Assembly: GCF_006345805.1 (NCBI RefSeq)
Contig: NC_043020.1
Coordinates: 5,208,001 to 5,272,000, forward strand
Length of the DNA stretch: 64,000 nucleotides
From: Octopus sinensis
Taxonomy: Eukaryota
Direction of reading: 5' to 3'
Shown piece after piece: positions 49,598 through 63,890 of the stretch. The notes beneath the pieces were generated by a model. It had not been told where the DNA came from, made no database searches, and saw only the letters and a list, made by a program, of their open reading frames with translations. A program made the position numbers and the translations under genes. How positions within the stretch are numbered: position 1 is the stretch's first letter; every line of letters starts with the position of its first letter.

Positions 49598-52500
49598 TAT
49601 AAATGTGTGTGTATATATATTTCTACAACCACAACTTACCATAATGAAAATAAGCACCGATGGGCATGCAGTCCTTGTCTTGCATGCAAAGCAGAACAAT
49701 GTCCCAAGAATTCCATCAACAACGACAACAACAACAACAAAAAGTATGAGTTTTAGGCAAATGCATTGTGGGTAATAAAAAGAATTTAAATAAATAACAG
49801 TTCTTTTTTTAATATTTTCTCATATACAAAATGTTAACGTATACAAATCCACACATGCATAGTTTTTCTTTTTCTCTTTTGTTAAAGTCCTTTTTTTTTT
49901 TCATTTTCTTTTTGTCATTTTTGGTCTCCTAAAAAATAATATCACTATAACTATTAATAATAACAATAAGGGTTTCAAATTTCTGGCACAAGGCCAGCAA
50001 TTTCAAGGGAGGGAGTTAGTTAGATGTAATCAACCCCAGTGGTGTCCTGGTTCTTATTTTCTTTGACCCCAGAGGGATGAAAAGCAAAGTTGCCCTCGGC
50101 AGTATTTGAACTCGGAACGTTGAGAATCAGGAGAAACAACACTAGGGATTTTGTCGGATCCAACATTTTAAGGATTCTGCTAGATTACCGCCTTAATAAC
50201 AATAACAGTTTCAAATTCTGACACAAGGGCCGTAGGTCTAGAAGGGAGGGATTAATTGATTACATTGACCCCACACTGGATATGTTCTCTATTTTATCAA
50301 CCCCTGAAGGATGAAAGGCAAAGCTGGCCTGAGTGGAATTTGATCTCATTATATAAAGTGCCATAAGAAATGCCAAGAAGCATTTTGTCCAGTGTACAAA
50401 CATGGTTTTAGCAGTTCTCCACCTTAATAATAATATAATAATAATAATAATAATCCTTTCTTATACAGGCACAAAGCCTGAAATTTGGGAAAAGGTGGGC
50501 TAGTTGATTACATCGAACCCAGTGCACAACTGGTACTTATTTCATCAACCCAGAAGGGATGAAAGGCAAAGTTGACCTCAGCAGAATTTGAACCCAGAAT
50601 GTATAGCTGTTAATAATTTTTTTTTTTTACTAATATAGGCTCAAAGCCCAGAAATTTTAGTGGAAGGTAGGGGTCAGTCGACTACACTGATCCTGGTATC
50701 TGCATTGTCTTTTATTTCCTGACACCCTCAACCCACACCAAAGGGATGATGGAAAGCAAAGTTAACCTGAGAAGAATTTGAACTCAAAACAAAGGGCCAG
50801 AAAAAAATATTGCAGGGCATATTTCCTCTCCTGATATTTTGTCAATTCTGTCAGCTTGGCACCTTAATAATAATAATAGCAACAACAATAACAACAAAGA
50901 TTAGTTATAGTGGCATCAAATCACAGTCTTGTAGAAGATGGTGGGGTATGTGTAAAATAAAGGTAAGTTGATTAAATTCTTTCTGCGTGATTCCATATTT
51001 CACCTGCTTTTCTCCCTGTTCGCCCAACTCCAAATATATTTACGGTTGCTGGTTTTTTATTCATCTCCCACCCCTCTTTGAATGGATGAAAGGCAAATAG
51101 GACCCTGGGGTGAGATAGATTTGAAATTTGAATCATAACGGTTAAAGTGCTGTAAGCCAATAACAACAATAATAATAATAATAATAATATTCCATTGGTA
51201 CAAAGACATAAAAAACTAAAAAAAAATAATTAAAAATATAAAAATAATAAAAATAATATAATTCACACAAAAGGTTTGGGTTGGGTTCTGAGGAAGGGCA
51301 AGGGAGGGAGAGGTGTTCCTGTCATTTTAAATTGGATTTAATTTTTAGCAATGATTCCTACTCGACAAGAAAAAAGCTGATGCAAGATGGAATTTGAACT
51401 TAGAATCTGGGGTTTCACAACTAAAAAAAAAAAAAATTTTTATATCTGTACAAAAAAAAAGGATAAAAGAAAATGATAAAAAGTAAAATGTTTCTGGTTT
51501 AAATTTAAGGCCAGTAGTTTTGAGGAGAAGGGGTCAGTTGAGGTCATCAGTCTCAATACTTGTGTAGTACTTTATTTTATCGCCCTCAGAGGAATGAAAA
51601 AGCAAAGCTAGCCTCAGCAGGATTTGAACTCAGAATGTGAAGAGTTAGGAGAAATAACACGCAACATTTTTTCTGATGCTCTACCGATTCTACCAGTCCA
51701 CTGCCCTAGTTTCTAATTAATACACAAGGCCAGCAATTTTAAAGGAAGGAGTTTAGATGATACCGTCAACCCCAATACTTCGACAGGTACTTTATTTTAT
51801 TGGCCCCTAATGGATGAAAAGCAAAGCTGACTATGGTAGGATTTGAACTCAGAATGTAAGATCCTGTCAGCTTGATGTTATTAGTTGTTTCTAATTTAGA
51901 CATAAGTTCTACAATTTTGAGGGGAAGGGTTAATCGATACAATACCATCAACCCTAGTACTTGACTTTAATTGACCTCGGTAGGACGAAAGGCAAAGTTG
52001 ACTTCAGTGAGATTTGAACTCAGAACCTAAAGAGTCGGAAGAAATGTCGTAGAGTCTGGTGTTCTAACAATCCTGCTAATTTGCCACCTTAATAAAAATA
52101 TTAATTGAGTTTCTTACAGGAAGCCAGATATTTGTTTGTGGTGGAGGTTTGCGGGGGGTTGGTTCAAGGGAGCAGGGAGAAGGGGGACACGGGGTTGGGG
52201 GAGGGGGAAAGATTAGATGTTGTGACAAGAATGCCTTTACAGTTTGAAATATCATTTGCGATATTTAGAAACCGATTTAAGTAAAAAAAAAAAAAAGAAA
52301 GAAAAAAGAAAAAGGTAAAAGGGGTGGTTCTTGTCAAGGAATGACGGACCGATTAGGGACCTCTTTTGTTTAGTAAAATAACAACAATAATAAATAATAA
52401 TTCTCTCTAATTTTAGCAGCACAAAGCCAGCAAATTTTGAGGGGAAGGGTAGTTGATTACATCAACCCACCCCAACCCTTCTTAGTGTTCAATTGGTGCT

Positions 52501-52732
52501 TATTTTATCGATCCTGAAGGGACGAAAGGCAAAGTGGGCCTCGATGGAAATTGAACTTAGAATGTAAAGAAGCCGGGTGAAATACCACTATGCATTTTTT
52601 TACCTGACTCGCTAACGACTCTGCTAGCTCGCTACCATAATATTAATAATAACAACAACAAAATATAACAACCACAGCAACAACAACAACAACAGCAGCA
52701 GTAGTAGTAGTAGTAGTAATAGTAGAAGCAGC

Positions 52733-52766
<34 letters not shown>

Positions 52767-54574
52767 AAGGAGAATAGGACACAAAGTGGGGGTGGAAATG
52801 AGGGCAAGAGGTGGGTAGCAGTTGTGTAAATGGACACCAGTATACAAACTGGGACTCTGTTTTATTGCCCGCCCGTCCCCCTCGTCCAAGAGAGGGCAAA
52901 GGGCAAAGTTGACTTCAGCGGGAGTTGAACTCGGAACACAGAAATCGTATACTAAACACTGCAAGCAGTATTTAGTTCACCTTTCTGCACATTCTGACGC
53001 TAGTGTACCAACAACAACAACAACAACAATAATAATGATAATAATAATAATGGTTTCAAATTTTGCTACAGGGGCAGAGGATGAGTCAGTTATATCGACC
53101 CCAGTATTTCACTGGTACTTAATTTTTCGACCCCCGAAAGGATGAAAGGCGAAGTCGACCTCAGAATGTAGTGGCAGACGAAATACCATTGAACATATTT
53201 CACCTGGCACGCTAACAATTCTACCAGCTCGCCACCTTAACAATAATAATAATAATAACGACAATAATAATAATAATGACGATAATAATAATAATGATAA
53301 TAATAATGATAATGGTGTTTTAAATTTTTGGCACCAGGCCAGAAATTCAGAGGGATGGGGGTAAGCCAATTACATCGACCCCAGTGGTTAACTGGTACTT
53401 TATTTTATCGACCTCTCGAAGAGGATGAAAGGCAAAGTCGACCTGGGTGGAATCTGAACTCAGAACGTAGTTGAAGAGCCAGAAAAAATACCGCTAAGTA
53501 TTTTTTCCAGTTCACGGCCACCACCATAATAATAATTATACCTAATTTTTTTCCGCATGAAGCCAGTAATTGCGAGGGGGAAGGACGGAGTTCGTGCGGA
53601 TACCACTGACTGCCAGTACTTGACCGGTACTCTAATTTTATCGGACACTCCTGCCGCCCACCCCAGAGGAATGAAAGTCAAAGTTGCCCTCAGCAGGATT
53701 TGAACTCAGGATGCAAAAGAATCGGAAGAAATAGAGTAAGGCATTTTTGCCCAGGGGCCCTAAAAATACTGCCAACTGACCACCATCGTTAATGATAATA
53801 ATAGTAATAATAATAATAATAATAATTGTTGTGGTTTTTTTTTAGTTGTGCTAATTGTCTCTGTCCATTACGGTTTTGTAGCTGTTGCTATCTTTGATGA
53901 TGATGATGATGCTGTTGTTGTTTTTGTTATCACATGTTAGTGTTAGTTTGGTTGTGATTGGATATCCTCTCCGGGGGTCAGTCATGTGATTGGTCAGTTG
54001 TGTATGTTTCTCCATTTCATGCTAGAATTCACTGGATTTTTTTTTATGGTCATTTTTCTGGCAACTTGTCTTGAATGAGTGGTCAACGGACAATCTGAAA
54101 TGAATAGACAGCAGACAGATATGTAGGTAGGTAGGTAGGTAAGTAAGTGGATAGATGGAAGGACAGATAGATGTGAAGATAGATGGGTAGAGTGATAGAT
54201 AGATAGGTATATAGATAGACAGGTATATAGATAGACAGGTATATAGATAGACAGGTATATACCTAGGCAGGCATATAGATAGGCAGGCATATAGATAGGC
54301 AGGCATATAGATAGGCAGGCATATAGATAGGCAGGCATATAGATAGGCAGGCATATAGATAGGCAGGCATATAGATAGGCAGGCATATAGATAGGCAGAT
54401 AGATAGATAGGCAGATAGATAGACAGGCAGATAGATAGATAGGCAGATAGATAGATAGGCAGATAGATAGATAGATAGGCAGATAGATAGATAGGCAGAT
54501 AGATAGATAGCAGATAGATAGAGTGATAGATAGATAGAGTGATGTAGATAGAGTGATAGATAGATAGATAGAAT

Positions 54575-54705
54575 GCATTCAGTAGAGTGATGGGCCTAAA
54601 GTTATCTATTACATCCCCCTTGTTTGGATCTTTCTTCAGCAGCATTACAGCTCCTCTGCTCACAAACCCAGGAATGCTCCTGTTTTGCTGCCAGTTGCAG
54701 TACAC
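54575..54705 (-). mobile_element. L1/Tx1-like LINE RT fragment
   Basis: [27 protein letters not shown] matches the RT N-terminal motif K.....N.RPI.LLN. Confidence 0.7.
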
Positions 54706-55465
54706 TGATGAATGGATGGATGGATAAAGGGATAGTAGATAGATGGATGGTAGAAAGAGAGATTGATGGATGGATAGATGGACGGTAGATAGATGGACGG
54801 TAGATAGAGGGACGGTAGATAAAGAGATGGATAGATGGATGGATAAAGGGATAGTAGAGAGAGAGAGTAAACAAAGACAGTGAGAGAGAAAAAGAAAACA
54901 GAGAGAGAGAGAAATATGAGTGGATCAGAAACATCTGTGTGGAGGCAGCATGAGTCTTGTTAGTTCTGAAGATTAGAGGCCAACACAGTAGCAGAAAAAA
55001 AAAGGCAGAGAGAAGAGACAGTTTCAAAAAGCTCTAAGAATTACTTACTCAGGGCTTTTTCCTTTTTATGTAATTGGTCATCTAGCTTTGTGGTCAACAT
55101 GGTTACTTATGGCCCTGAAAATATATAAATATAAAATTACATTTGTCCTCAAAGAAATAAGCTTATTATTGTTGTGAATCTGAGAGGGGAATATGTTGAA
55201 TGAAACCGTAATTAACTGATCCTCCAGGGTTTTCTTTTACCCAAAGTCAGAAACATTTGAGCAACCCCTTTTATAGGGAAAAATGTGGGTTAATAACATC
55301 AAGATCAACATAAAAACAATGTTGACCACTAAATCCACAAGTTTTCTTTATTCTCTCTGTTTATTTCCTCTTGTTCCTTTCTGATGAAGAGCATAAGCTC
55401 AAAATGTAAACGACTTTCTCACCTTCCCGAGTAGCAAACTAATACACCTGCTTGTTTATACACCT

Positions 55466-55697
55466 ATTTCTTTACTACCCACAAGGGGCTAAACACAGGA
55501 GGGGGCAAACAAGGACAGACAAACGGATTAAGTCGATTATAACGACCCCAGTGCGTAACTGGTACTTATTTAATCGACCCCGAAAGGATGAAAAGCAAAG
55601 TCGACCTTGGCGGAATTTGAACTCAGAACATAACCACAGATGAAATACCATTAAGCATTTCACCTGGCATGCTAACGTTTCTGCCAACTCATCGCCA
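55466..55697 (-). mobile_element. Meta-like SINE flanked by an 18-bp target-site duplication, inserted into a hammerhead-family element
   Basis: ctgcttgtttatacacct at 55448-55465 and 55698-55715. Confidence 0.8.
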
Positions 55698-55876
55698 CTG
55701 CTTGTTTATACACCTGTCCTCGTCTCGTGTTTTTCCGTAAACTATATAATAGAGGAGGTGGCTTTTGTGGCCCCACCACTGCTTGGTAACTGGTGTTGGT
55801 GAGTTTATGTTGCTGTAACTTAGCGATTTGGCAAAAGAGTAATAAAGTAAACACTAGGCTTTAAAAAAAAAAAAGT

Positions 55877-56168
55877 AAAGGGGGTTGATTTGTTTGAGTA
55901 AAACACTTCAAGGTAGTGACCCAGCATGTGGAGCCAAAAATGACTCCACAGAGCCCTCCACAGAGAATAGGACCCTTAACATAGATCTAAGGGAGACCCA
56001 GCATTACATAGAATGTGATAAATAAAGGGGGTTGATTTGTTTGAGTAAAACACTTCAAGGTAGCGCCCAAGCATGTGGAGCCAAAAATGACTCCACAGAA
56101 CCCTCCACAGAGATGTGGACCCTTAACATAGATCTCAGGGAGACTCAGCATTACATAGAATGTGATAA
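55877..56168. repeat. ~148-bp tandem duplication
   Basis: aaaggggttgatttgtttgagtaaaacacttcaaggtag...cattacatagaatgtgataa occurs twice with divergence. Confidence 0.8.
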
Positions 56169-56499
56169 GGCTGGCCCCTTTGAATTACAGGTACCACTTA
56201 CCTTTATGACTTAAGTGGACTGGAGCAACATGAAATAAAGTGTCTTGGTCAAGGACACAAGGTGTTGCTGGGAATTGAACTCACAACCTTACAGTTGTGA
56301 AGCAAACACCCTAACCACTAAGCCACAAGCCCTCCATGATTTGAAGATGGAGTTTCATAAATATATAAGAAAGCTGATGGGAGAAGTTAGCCTGGGTCTA
56401 TTTAAAAGCAGATATATACTGTGATGTGGATAGGGGTATTGACTGGATTGGTTTGTGGTGGAGATGGAAAGAGATGAAGCAGGGAGTTTGTAGAGGAGA

Positions 56500-57214
56500 G
56501 GGATGAGGAGGGAGGGAGAGAGAGTGACTGACAAAATGAGAGAGAGAGCAGAGAGAGGGGGAGAGAAAGTGTTGAGAGAGAAAGCAGAGAGAGAGGGAGA
56601 GACAATGAGAGGGTGAGAAAGTGTTGAGAGAGGGAAGGAGGTACAAACATGAGAGGGAGAGAAAGTGTTGAGAGAGAAAGCAGAGAGAGAGGGAGGGAGG
56701 GAGGGAGAGACAATGAGAGGGTGAGAAAGTGTTGAGAGAGAAAGCAGAGAGAGAGGGAGAGACAATGAGAGGGTGAGAAAGTGTTGAGAGAGAAAGCAGA
56801 GAGAGAGGGAGAGACAATGAGAGAGGGAGAGACAATGAGAGGGTGAGAAAGTGTTGAGAGAGAAAGCAGAGAGAGAGGGAGAGACAATGAGAGGGTGAGA
56901 AAGTGTTGAGAGAGAAAGCAGAGAGAGAGGGAGAGACAATGAGAGGGTGAGAAAGTGTTGAGAGAGGGAAGGAGGTACAAACATGAGAGGGAGAGAAAGT
57001 GTTGAGAGAGAAAGCAGAGAGAGAGAGACAATGAGAGAGAGAGAAAGAGAGAGAGAGAAAGAGAGAGAGCAGATAGAGAAGGAGCGACATGAGAGGTTGA
57101 GAAAGTGTTAGGAGAGAGAGAGGAGGAGAGTGAGGGAGCGACATGAGAGGGTGAGAAAGTGTTGAGAGAGAAAGAGAGAGAAATACGTGATTAGAAATCA
57201 ATGAGAGAGACAAT

Positions 57215-57260
<46 letters not shown>

Positions 57261-57400
57261 TTGAGAGGGAGATGCAAGAAAGATTGAAAGCAAAGAGAGG
57301 GGAAGTGAGAGAGAGAGAGAGAGAGAGAGAGAAAGAAACAAGAATGATAGAAAAGCGAAAGTAAGGAGAGAGAGAGAGAGACATGAAGAAGACGATGTCA
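56500..57400. repeat. GA-rich minisatellite/microsatellite
   Basis: Repeated gagagggtgagaaagtgttgagagagaaagcagagagagagggagagacaat units. Confidence 0.9.
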
Positions 57401-58195
57401 TAGTATGGGAGAAAGAGAGTTGCAAGAAAGATAAAGCAGAGGTGGGGGAGGGGAGAAACATGAGAAGGGGGAGAGGAAGTGTTGACAGAGAAAGAAAGAC
57501 ATACAGACAGACAGACAGACAGAGAACTGGTATATAATAAGTTACTTACTTAATTTTGCGCGTTCTGGTCACGTTTCGCTTTTTTCAATCTTCTAAACAG
57601 AGGAAAAAAAGAAACAAAAAAAAATATTTCATGATATCAGAATCACAAATTCACATGTGATATCACGGTATGAACCATACTATCACACAGTACCAGTAAT
57701 ATCTCATGATCAATGGAAGGGACCAAAATATATTCTTGCTTTAAACCAGACATGGGCAATCTTTTCTTTTCTACTCTAGGCACAAAGTTCGAAATTTTTG
57801 GGGAGGAGGGGGCCAGTCGATTAGATCGACCCCCAGTACACAACTGGTACTTAATTTATCAACCCTGAAAGGATGAAAGGCAAAGTCGACCTTGGCGGAA
57901 TTTGAACTCAGAACGTAAAGACAGATGACATACTGCTAAGCATTTTGCCCAGCATGCTAACGTTTCTGCCAGCTCACCGCCTTGACATGGATAACCTTTT
58001 GCAAGAAAAGGGCCACATGGAACATTGTTCTGGGTTCAATCCCACTGAGTGGCACCTTGGCCAAGTGTCTTCCATTATAGCTTCAAGCTGACTAAAGCTG
58101 TGTGATTCAGTTCGTAAGATGGAAACTGAATGAAGCCTGAAATTACTATTTTTAAATCTCACAACGTGAGATATTCAGCAACAGTGCTTTGTAGT

Positions 58196-58382
58196 AAAGA
58201 TTGTTTGCCAACATAACATGGCAGTCCTGGTTTAGGACGAATGTTGCTGTAATTTAGCCCCAGGAAGTATAAGGACACAGATAGTATTGTATAGCCTGCT
58301 GGAGGCAATGTCTCTTGGGGCTAAATTATAGCAACATTAGTCCTAAACCAGGACTGCCATGTTATGGTGGCAAACAATCTTT
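58196..58382. repeat. ~68-bp inverted repeat with ~50-nt spacer
   Basis: Arms 58196-58263 and 58314-58382, 4 mismatches. Confidence 0.85.
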
Positions 58383-59809
58383 CCTGAATGAAGCCTGTTG
58401 TATCTTTTACCTTTTATTTTCGGTCCTTAAATGGTAGTCATGCTGAGGCACTGCCTTGAGGAATTTTAGTTGAACAAATTGACCCCTGAACCTATTTTTT
58501 TTTCAAGCCTGGTACTTATTTTATCGGGGTCTTTTGTTGAACTGCAAAGTTAAAGGGATGTAAACACACCAACACTAGTTGTCAAGTGGTGGTAGGGGAC
58601 ATATACATGACGGGCTTCTACTAAATCGACTCACAAGGCTTTGGTCACCCAAGGCTATAATAAATGACACTTGCCCAAGGTGCCGTGCAGTGGGACTGAA
58701 CTCGCAACCTTGTGGTTGGGAAGCAGTCAACTTATAGGTTCCTCACTCGATGGAGAAGGGATCAGGTCATCACAGAGTGGTGGTTTATTATCTGGCGTGA
58801 AGCACTGGGTGCATGTTGAGAGCTTTGATAGGTGCCAATGCAGCTGAGATGCAACCCTTCGTCAAGAACAGTGTTGATTGGGAAGTTTGACCCCTGGGGT
58901 GATACATCTGTCAAATCAGGAATGCAGGTGTCCCAAGGCGAGCTCAGTGTGAACAGAAACCACACATTGAGCAAAAGAACACTCAATCTCAATTTTTAGT
59001 ACAAATATGAAGTGTGAAAGTGTTGCCCATTGATAATTTCCAAAGAGCGCTGAGCTTTGCTTCTCCCGACAGATATTGAAAATATATATATGTATGTGTG
59101 AGTGTGTATGTGTGTGTGTGTGTGTGATTGTCCCCAGCATTGCTTGATGTCTTGTGTTGGTGTGCTTACATCTGTGTAACTTAGCAGTTCAACCAAAGAG
59201 ATCGATAGAATAAACACCAGGCTTAAAATAATAAGTACTGGAGTTGATTCATTTGACTCAAACTCTTCAAAGCAGTGCCCCAGCTTGGCCATAGTCCTAT
59301 GACTGAAACAAGAAAAAGGTAGAAGGTAAGCAGGCCGCACAACTAAAGACATTCAAAGCAATTTTTTCATTTAGGCATACCTATTTCTTTATTTCCCACA
59401 AGGGGCTAAACATAGAAGGAACAAACAAGGACAGACATAGGTATTAATTCGATTACATCGACCCCAGTGTGTAACTGGTACTTAATTTATCGACCCCGAA
59501 AGGATGAAGGGCAAAATACCATTCATAAAGTCTTGCGGGCCACAGTTTGCCCTTGACTGTTCATAAGCTGATGCAAGAATGATGTTGGCCCTTCGAAACA
59601 GGTGGTAAGAAAAGTTAGGTAGTGCAGTTTCAAATCAGTGGTGGAATGTGTTAATGAACCCTTTTTTGATAAAACAGAGGGGTGACTGTGAAAATAACCC
59701 TTTCTTAATAGCAATGAGGATGAAATTCACTCTATTAAAATTTGTAAAACGCATGAGAGCATGCATGTGTGCACACGCACACGCACACACTTCATGCTGT
59801 TTTACACCC

Positions 59810-60079
59810 AAAGTAGTAGTAGTAGTAGTAGTAGCAGCAGCAGCAGTGGCGACAGTAGTGATGATGGTAGTAGTAGTAGTGGTGATGGTGGTAATAGTGG
59901 TGGTGGTGTTGATGGTAGTAGTGGTGATTGTAGTGGTAGTAGTGGTGATTGTAGTGGTAGTAGCGGTGATTGTAGTGGTAGTAGTGGTGATTGTAGTAGT
60001 AGTAGCAGCAGTGTTGATGGCAGTAGTAGCAGTGATAGTGGTGGTGGTGGTGGTAGTAGTTGTAGTAGTAGCAGTGATG

Positions 60080-60114
<35 letters not shown>

Positions 60115-60275
60115 GATGGTGGTAGTAGTAGCAGTAGTGACTGGTGGTAGTAGTAGTAGTGAATGGTAGTAGTAGTGATGGTAGTAGTAATAGTAGTAGT
60201 AGTGGTAGTAGTAGTAATAGTAGTAGTAGTGGTGGTAATAGTGGTGGTGGTAGTAGTGGTGATGGTAGTAGCAAT
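59810..60275. repeat. (AGT/GGT)n compound trinucleotide microsatellite
   Basis: Direct reading; produces poly-V/T/Y spurious ORFs. Confidence 0.95.
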
Positions 60276-60512
60276 ATACAGTCAGCAACAGCAGACAATG
60301 ATATCACTTCAAAACTCTGGTAAGATGCGCACACACACACACACATACACGCACATATACACACACACAAACACATACACACAAACAGGTATAACATGGA
60401 TTTCTCTGGAACTTTTGGTTCAAATGCCATTCCATATTACTGACGTTTTTCCAAACCAGGAACTGACCACTTAGGTTAGCAAACTCTAAATTAAACAAAT
60501 ATTATATCTATA

Positions 60513-61012
60513 TCTTTATATATAAAAGTGAGGTTGTGTGCTGTCTGTCTCCTACGATTTAGATTCCTAACTACTCCCACATTTTGCGGTGCAGTTTAAC
60601 CAAAACCGGGTATCTTATAGTCGTGATTCATATCGAGCCCTTCTGGGTATTAGCGCGCGTCTACGATGAGTCTACGATTTAAAAACAAATTTACCATCAT
60701 TTACCCCCATTTTAATGCATTTTTTTGCTATTATATAAGGGAAGTAACTCTCTAAAAATGTCTACGATGAGTCAACGATTTAAAAAAAAATTTACCATCA
60801 TTTTCCCCCATTTTTAATGCATTTTTTTGCTATTATATAAGGAAAGTAACTCTCTAAAAATGTATTATTAAATCTCAGAACGTAAAAAGCTACAGTAACA
60901 CCCCCACCTTGTGGTTAGCTATATTGAGATGGCTATTATACTTTACATCTCTAAAAATGCTTATATAGTTATTTCCCTTACAAACCCGAGCAACGCCGGG
61001 CGATACTGCTAG
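60513..61012 (+). mobile_element. Non-autonomous Helitron
   Basis: A|TCTTTATATATAAAAG start; hairpin cccgagcaacgccggg at 60985-61000; CTAG|T end. Confidence 0.8.
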
Positions 61013-61289
61013 TAATTAATAAAATGAAATACAGGTACGGTGTAAATTAGTGCAGCTCTTAAAAAAATTCTTGACCATCAGTGTCCGAAAAATTGATGTT
61101 GTACCTGTAATATCCTTCACTCCACACCACGATAATACTGATATCACATTTCCAAAACTGTGGTAACACACACACACACAGAGTAATATCCAACACTCCA
61201 CACAGTGGTACTAATATCCTGATGTCATCAAACATCACTTTCTTTGAAACTCTAAATACCTTATATATACACACACATATACACACACA

Positions 61290-61502
61290 AGAAGGTGTTG
61301 AAATGTTCCTGGCTTTTGGTAAAAGAAAATACAGGAGAATCAGTCAATTATGATTTCATTGAATATATTCTCCTCTCGGGTTCACACATTTATTGCAGTG
61401 GTCCTTCAGTTTTTCTCAGCCCTGTAAAAGAACTCAGAAGGCTGGACCTCCAGCCAAGCCTTTCATGATATCCTTAAAGCCAGGAACTTTTCAGCGCCCC
61501 TC
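61290..61502. mobile_element. Tc1/mariner-type MITE
   Basis: Imperfect ~27-bp TIRs gaaggtgttgaaatgttcctggcttt ... aaagccaggaacttttcagcgcccctc. Confidence 0.6.
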
Positions 61503-62439
61503 ATGTGTATGTATATATGTGTATTATATATATATATATATGTATGTATATATATATATGTGGAGGCGCAATGGCCCAGTGTATAGGGCAGTGGACTTGC
61601 AGTTTCGATTCCCAGACCGGGCGTTGTGAGTGTTTATTGAGCAAAAACACCTAAAGCTCCACGAGGCTCCTGCAGGGGGTGGTGGCGATCCCTGCTGTAC
61701 ACTTTTGCCACAACTTCCTCTCACTCTTTCTTCTGATGGCCTGCTCACTTAGCCAGCGGGGTGGCATCATTTGAAGGCTAAAACAATGTGAAGCGCATTG
61801 TGACCAGCGATGTGTAGCAAAATCTGATAGCCTGGTCGGTCACGTGATATATACACATACACACACACACACACGTGAAGGCGCATAGCCATGTGGTTAG
61901 GCATAATGCATTCATGATCTCATGATTGTGGTTTCAATTCCTGCCTCAGTCCACTCGAAGCTGTAAATGAGTAAGCCTTGCAATGGACTAGCCTTCTCCT
62001 CAGGGACAGGCAGGGGTGGAGGTTTGGCCTTCTTGCCGAGCTGGCAGTGTGGTGTAATTCAAAAGCTAAAATGAGACGAAGTGCATTGTGACCAGCAGTG
62101 TGTAACATCCAATAGCCTGGTAGATCATGTAATCACATGATATATATACAAATACATATATATCATCATCATCATCAACATTTAATGTCTGCTTTCAATG
62201 CTGGCATGGGTTGGTTGGTCGGTTTGAATGGAGCTGGGAAGTCCAGGTTCTGTTCTGGCAGGGTTTCCACAGCTGGATGCCTTTCCTAATGCCAACCGCT
62301 TTACAGAGTGTACTTAGTGCTCTTTATATGGCACCAGCACCAACAGGGTCACCAAGTAACTTGCATGACAAAGAAACCCTTCAGCTGGGGAAGCAGGGAA
62401 CATTAACCAAGGTGGTTTCGGATATCAATTCAGCTATTG

Positions 62440-63890
62440 TGGAAAGGACTTCTTGAGAAGAAGAGCAAGGCACCAGATATCTTGGCCCTTTCTCATCTCC
62501 TTCATAAGGCTCAGTATTTTGAGATCAACCTTCAGCACTTCATCCCATGTCTTCCACAGATTTCATCCGCTTCTTCATGCAACTGTCTTCATCCCTATGC
62601 ATTACATGACCAAACCTGCACAGCAGTCTTCTCTCTCTTGCACACAGCATCTAATTCCTCCCGTGCCTAACTCTTCTCTCAATACATTAGCACTCAATCA
62701 CATATGTACACTGACATTGCACATCCAGCAGAGCATGCTTCCTCACCAGCCTTTGCATGTCCTCTGCATTCAAGGCCCACATCTCACTACCATGTAGCAT
62801 TGCTCATTGTATACATGCGTCATACAATCTTCCTTTCATTTCTGAGAGAGAGAGAGAGAGATCTTTGACTGCCAGAGGTAAAAGCTCTTTGGATTTCTCC
62901 CCCCACTCCATCCTATTTTATTCTAGCAATTATGATTTCTGTACATTCTCTACCATTGCTAATTAGGTCCCTAAAGTAGCAGAAATTATCCACTGTCTCT
63001 AAAGAGCCTCCAGCGCATTTGAGAAAATCAATTTCCTGAGTTTTTATGGCTCCTGTGCATCTTCCAAATACAAACACTACGGTCTCGGATAACCTTCCTA
63101 TTACTCCACTGCACCTCGTGTCTCCATAGCTTTCACTGGGTACACTATATGGAATTCCTCCCTACACCTTTCCTACATATCATGTAGGGCCATTTATCTG
63201 GTGAGGATAGGGATGGCCTTGTCAGTTTCCTTGCTTACTAGAACTTTAGTCTTTGCTAAATTAACCTTAAGGCCCTCTGATTCCAGGTTTTGTTTCCACA
63301 CATGGAATTTCTTTTCTAGTTCTGTTACAGAATCTGCAATAAGGGCAAGATCATCGGCATATATACAGTTCCCAGGGGCAGCTGATCCTGAATTCTTCGG
63401 TTATGGCCTGGAGGACAATGATGAATAGGAGGGGGCTGAGGACCAAAACCTGATGAATGCCTATCTGTACACTAAATTCATCACTGTACTCCTGATTAAC
63501 TCACCTTACTGACAGAACCTCTGTAAATGCCTGGTACAGCTTTTACAAGCCACTTGTCTACCCCAAGCTTCTTCAGAGTCCACCATATCACACAGTAGTG
63601 TACTCTTACAAAGGCTTTCTCCAAATCGACAAATGCCAAATATAATGGTTTATTCTTCGCCAAATACTTCTCCTGCAGTTGTCTGACTATAAAGACAGAA
63701 TTACTGGTGCTTCTCCCCACTACAAGCCAAACTGCATTTCATCTATTCTGATTCTGTTCCTAATTAATTGGACTATAACTCTTTCCATTACTTTCATGAC
63801 CTGCTCCAGCATTTTGATGCTTCTGTAATTTCTTCTATCCAAAGAATCTCCCTTACCCTTGTAGCAGCTGACTATTATGCTGTTAACACC
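62440..63890 (-). mobile_element. Decayed RTE-clade LINE reverse transcriptase
   Basis: SIIVSCYKGKGDSLDRRNYRSIK...IDEMQFG, IVRQLQEKYLAKNKPLYLAFVDLEKAF, LSPLLFIIVL, GLKVNLAKTKV; contains stops and frameshifts. Confidence 0.9.

Noticed and set aside
53960-54110. Possible minus-strand terminal exon after acceptor ttcatttcag
   Set aside because: Short, unrecognised peptide; the nearest upstream coding-like segment is a LINE fragment.
59635-60474. Poly-T/V/Y/S ORFs resembling mucin-like proteins
   Set aside because: Trinucleotide microsatellite with no splice or domain context.
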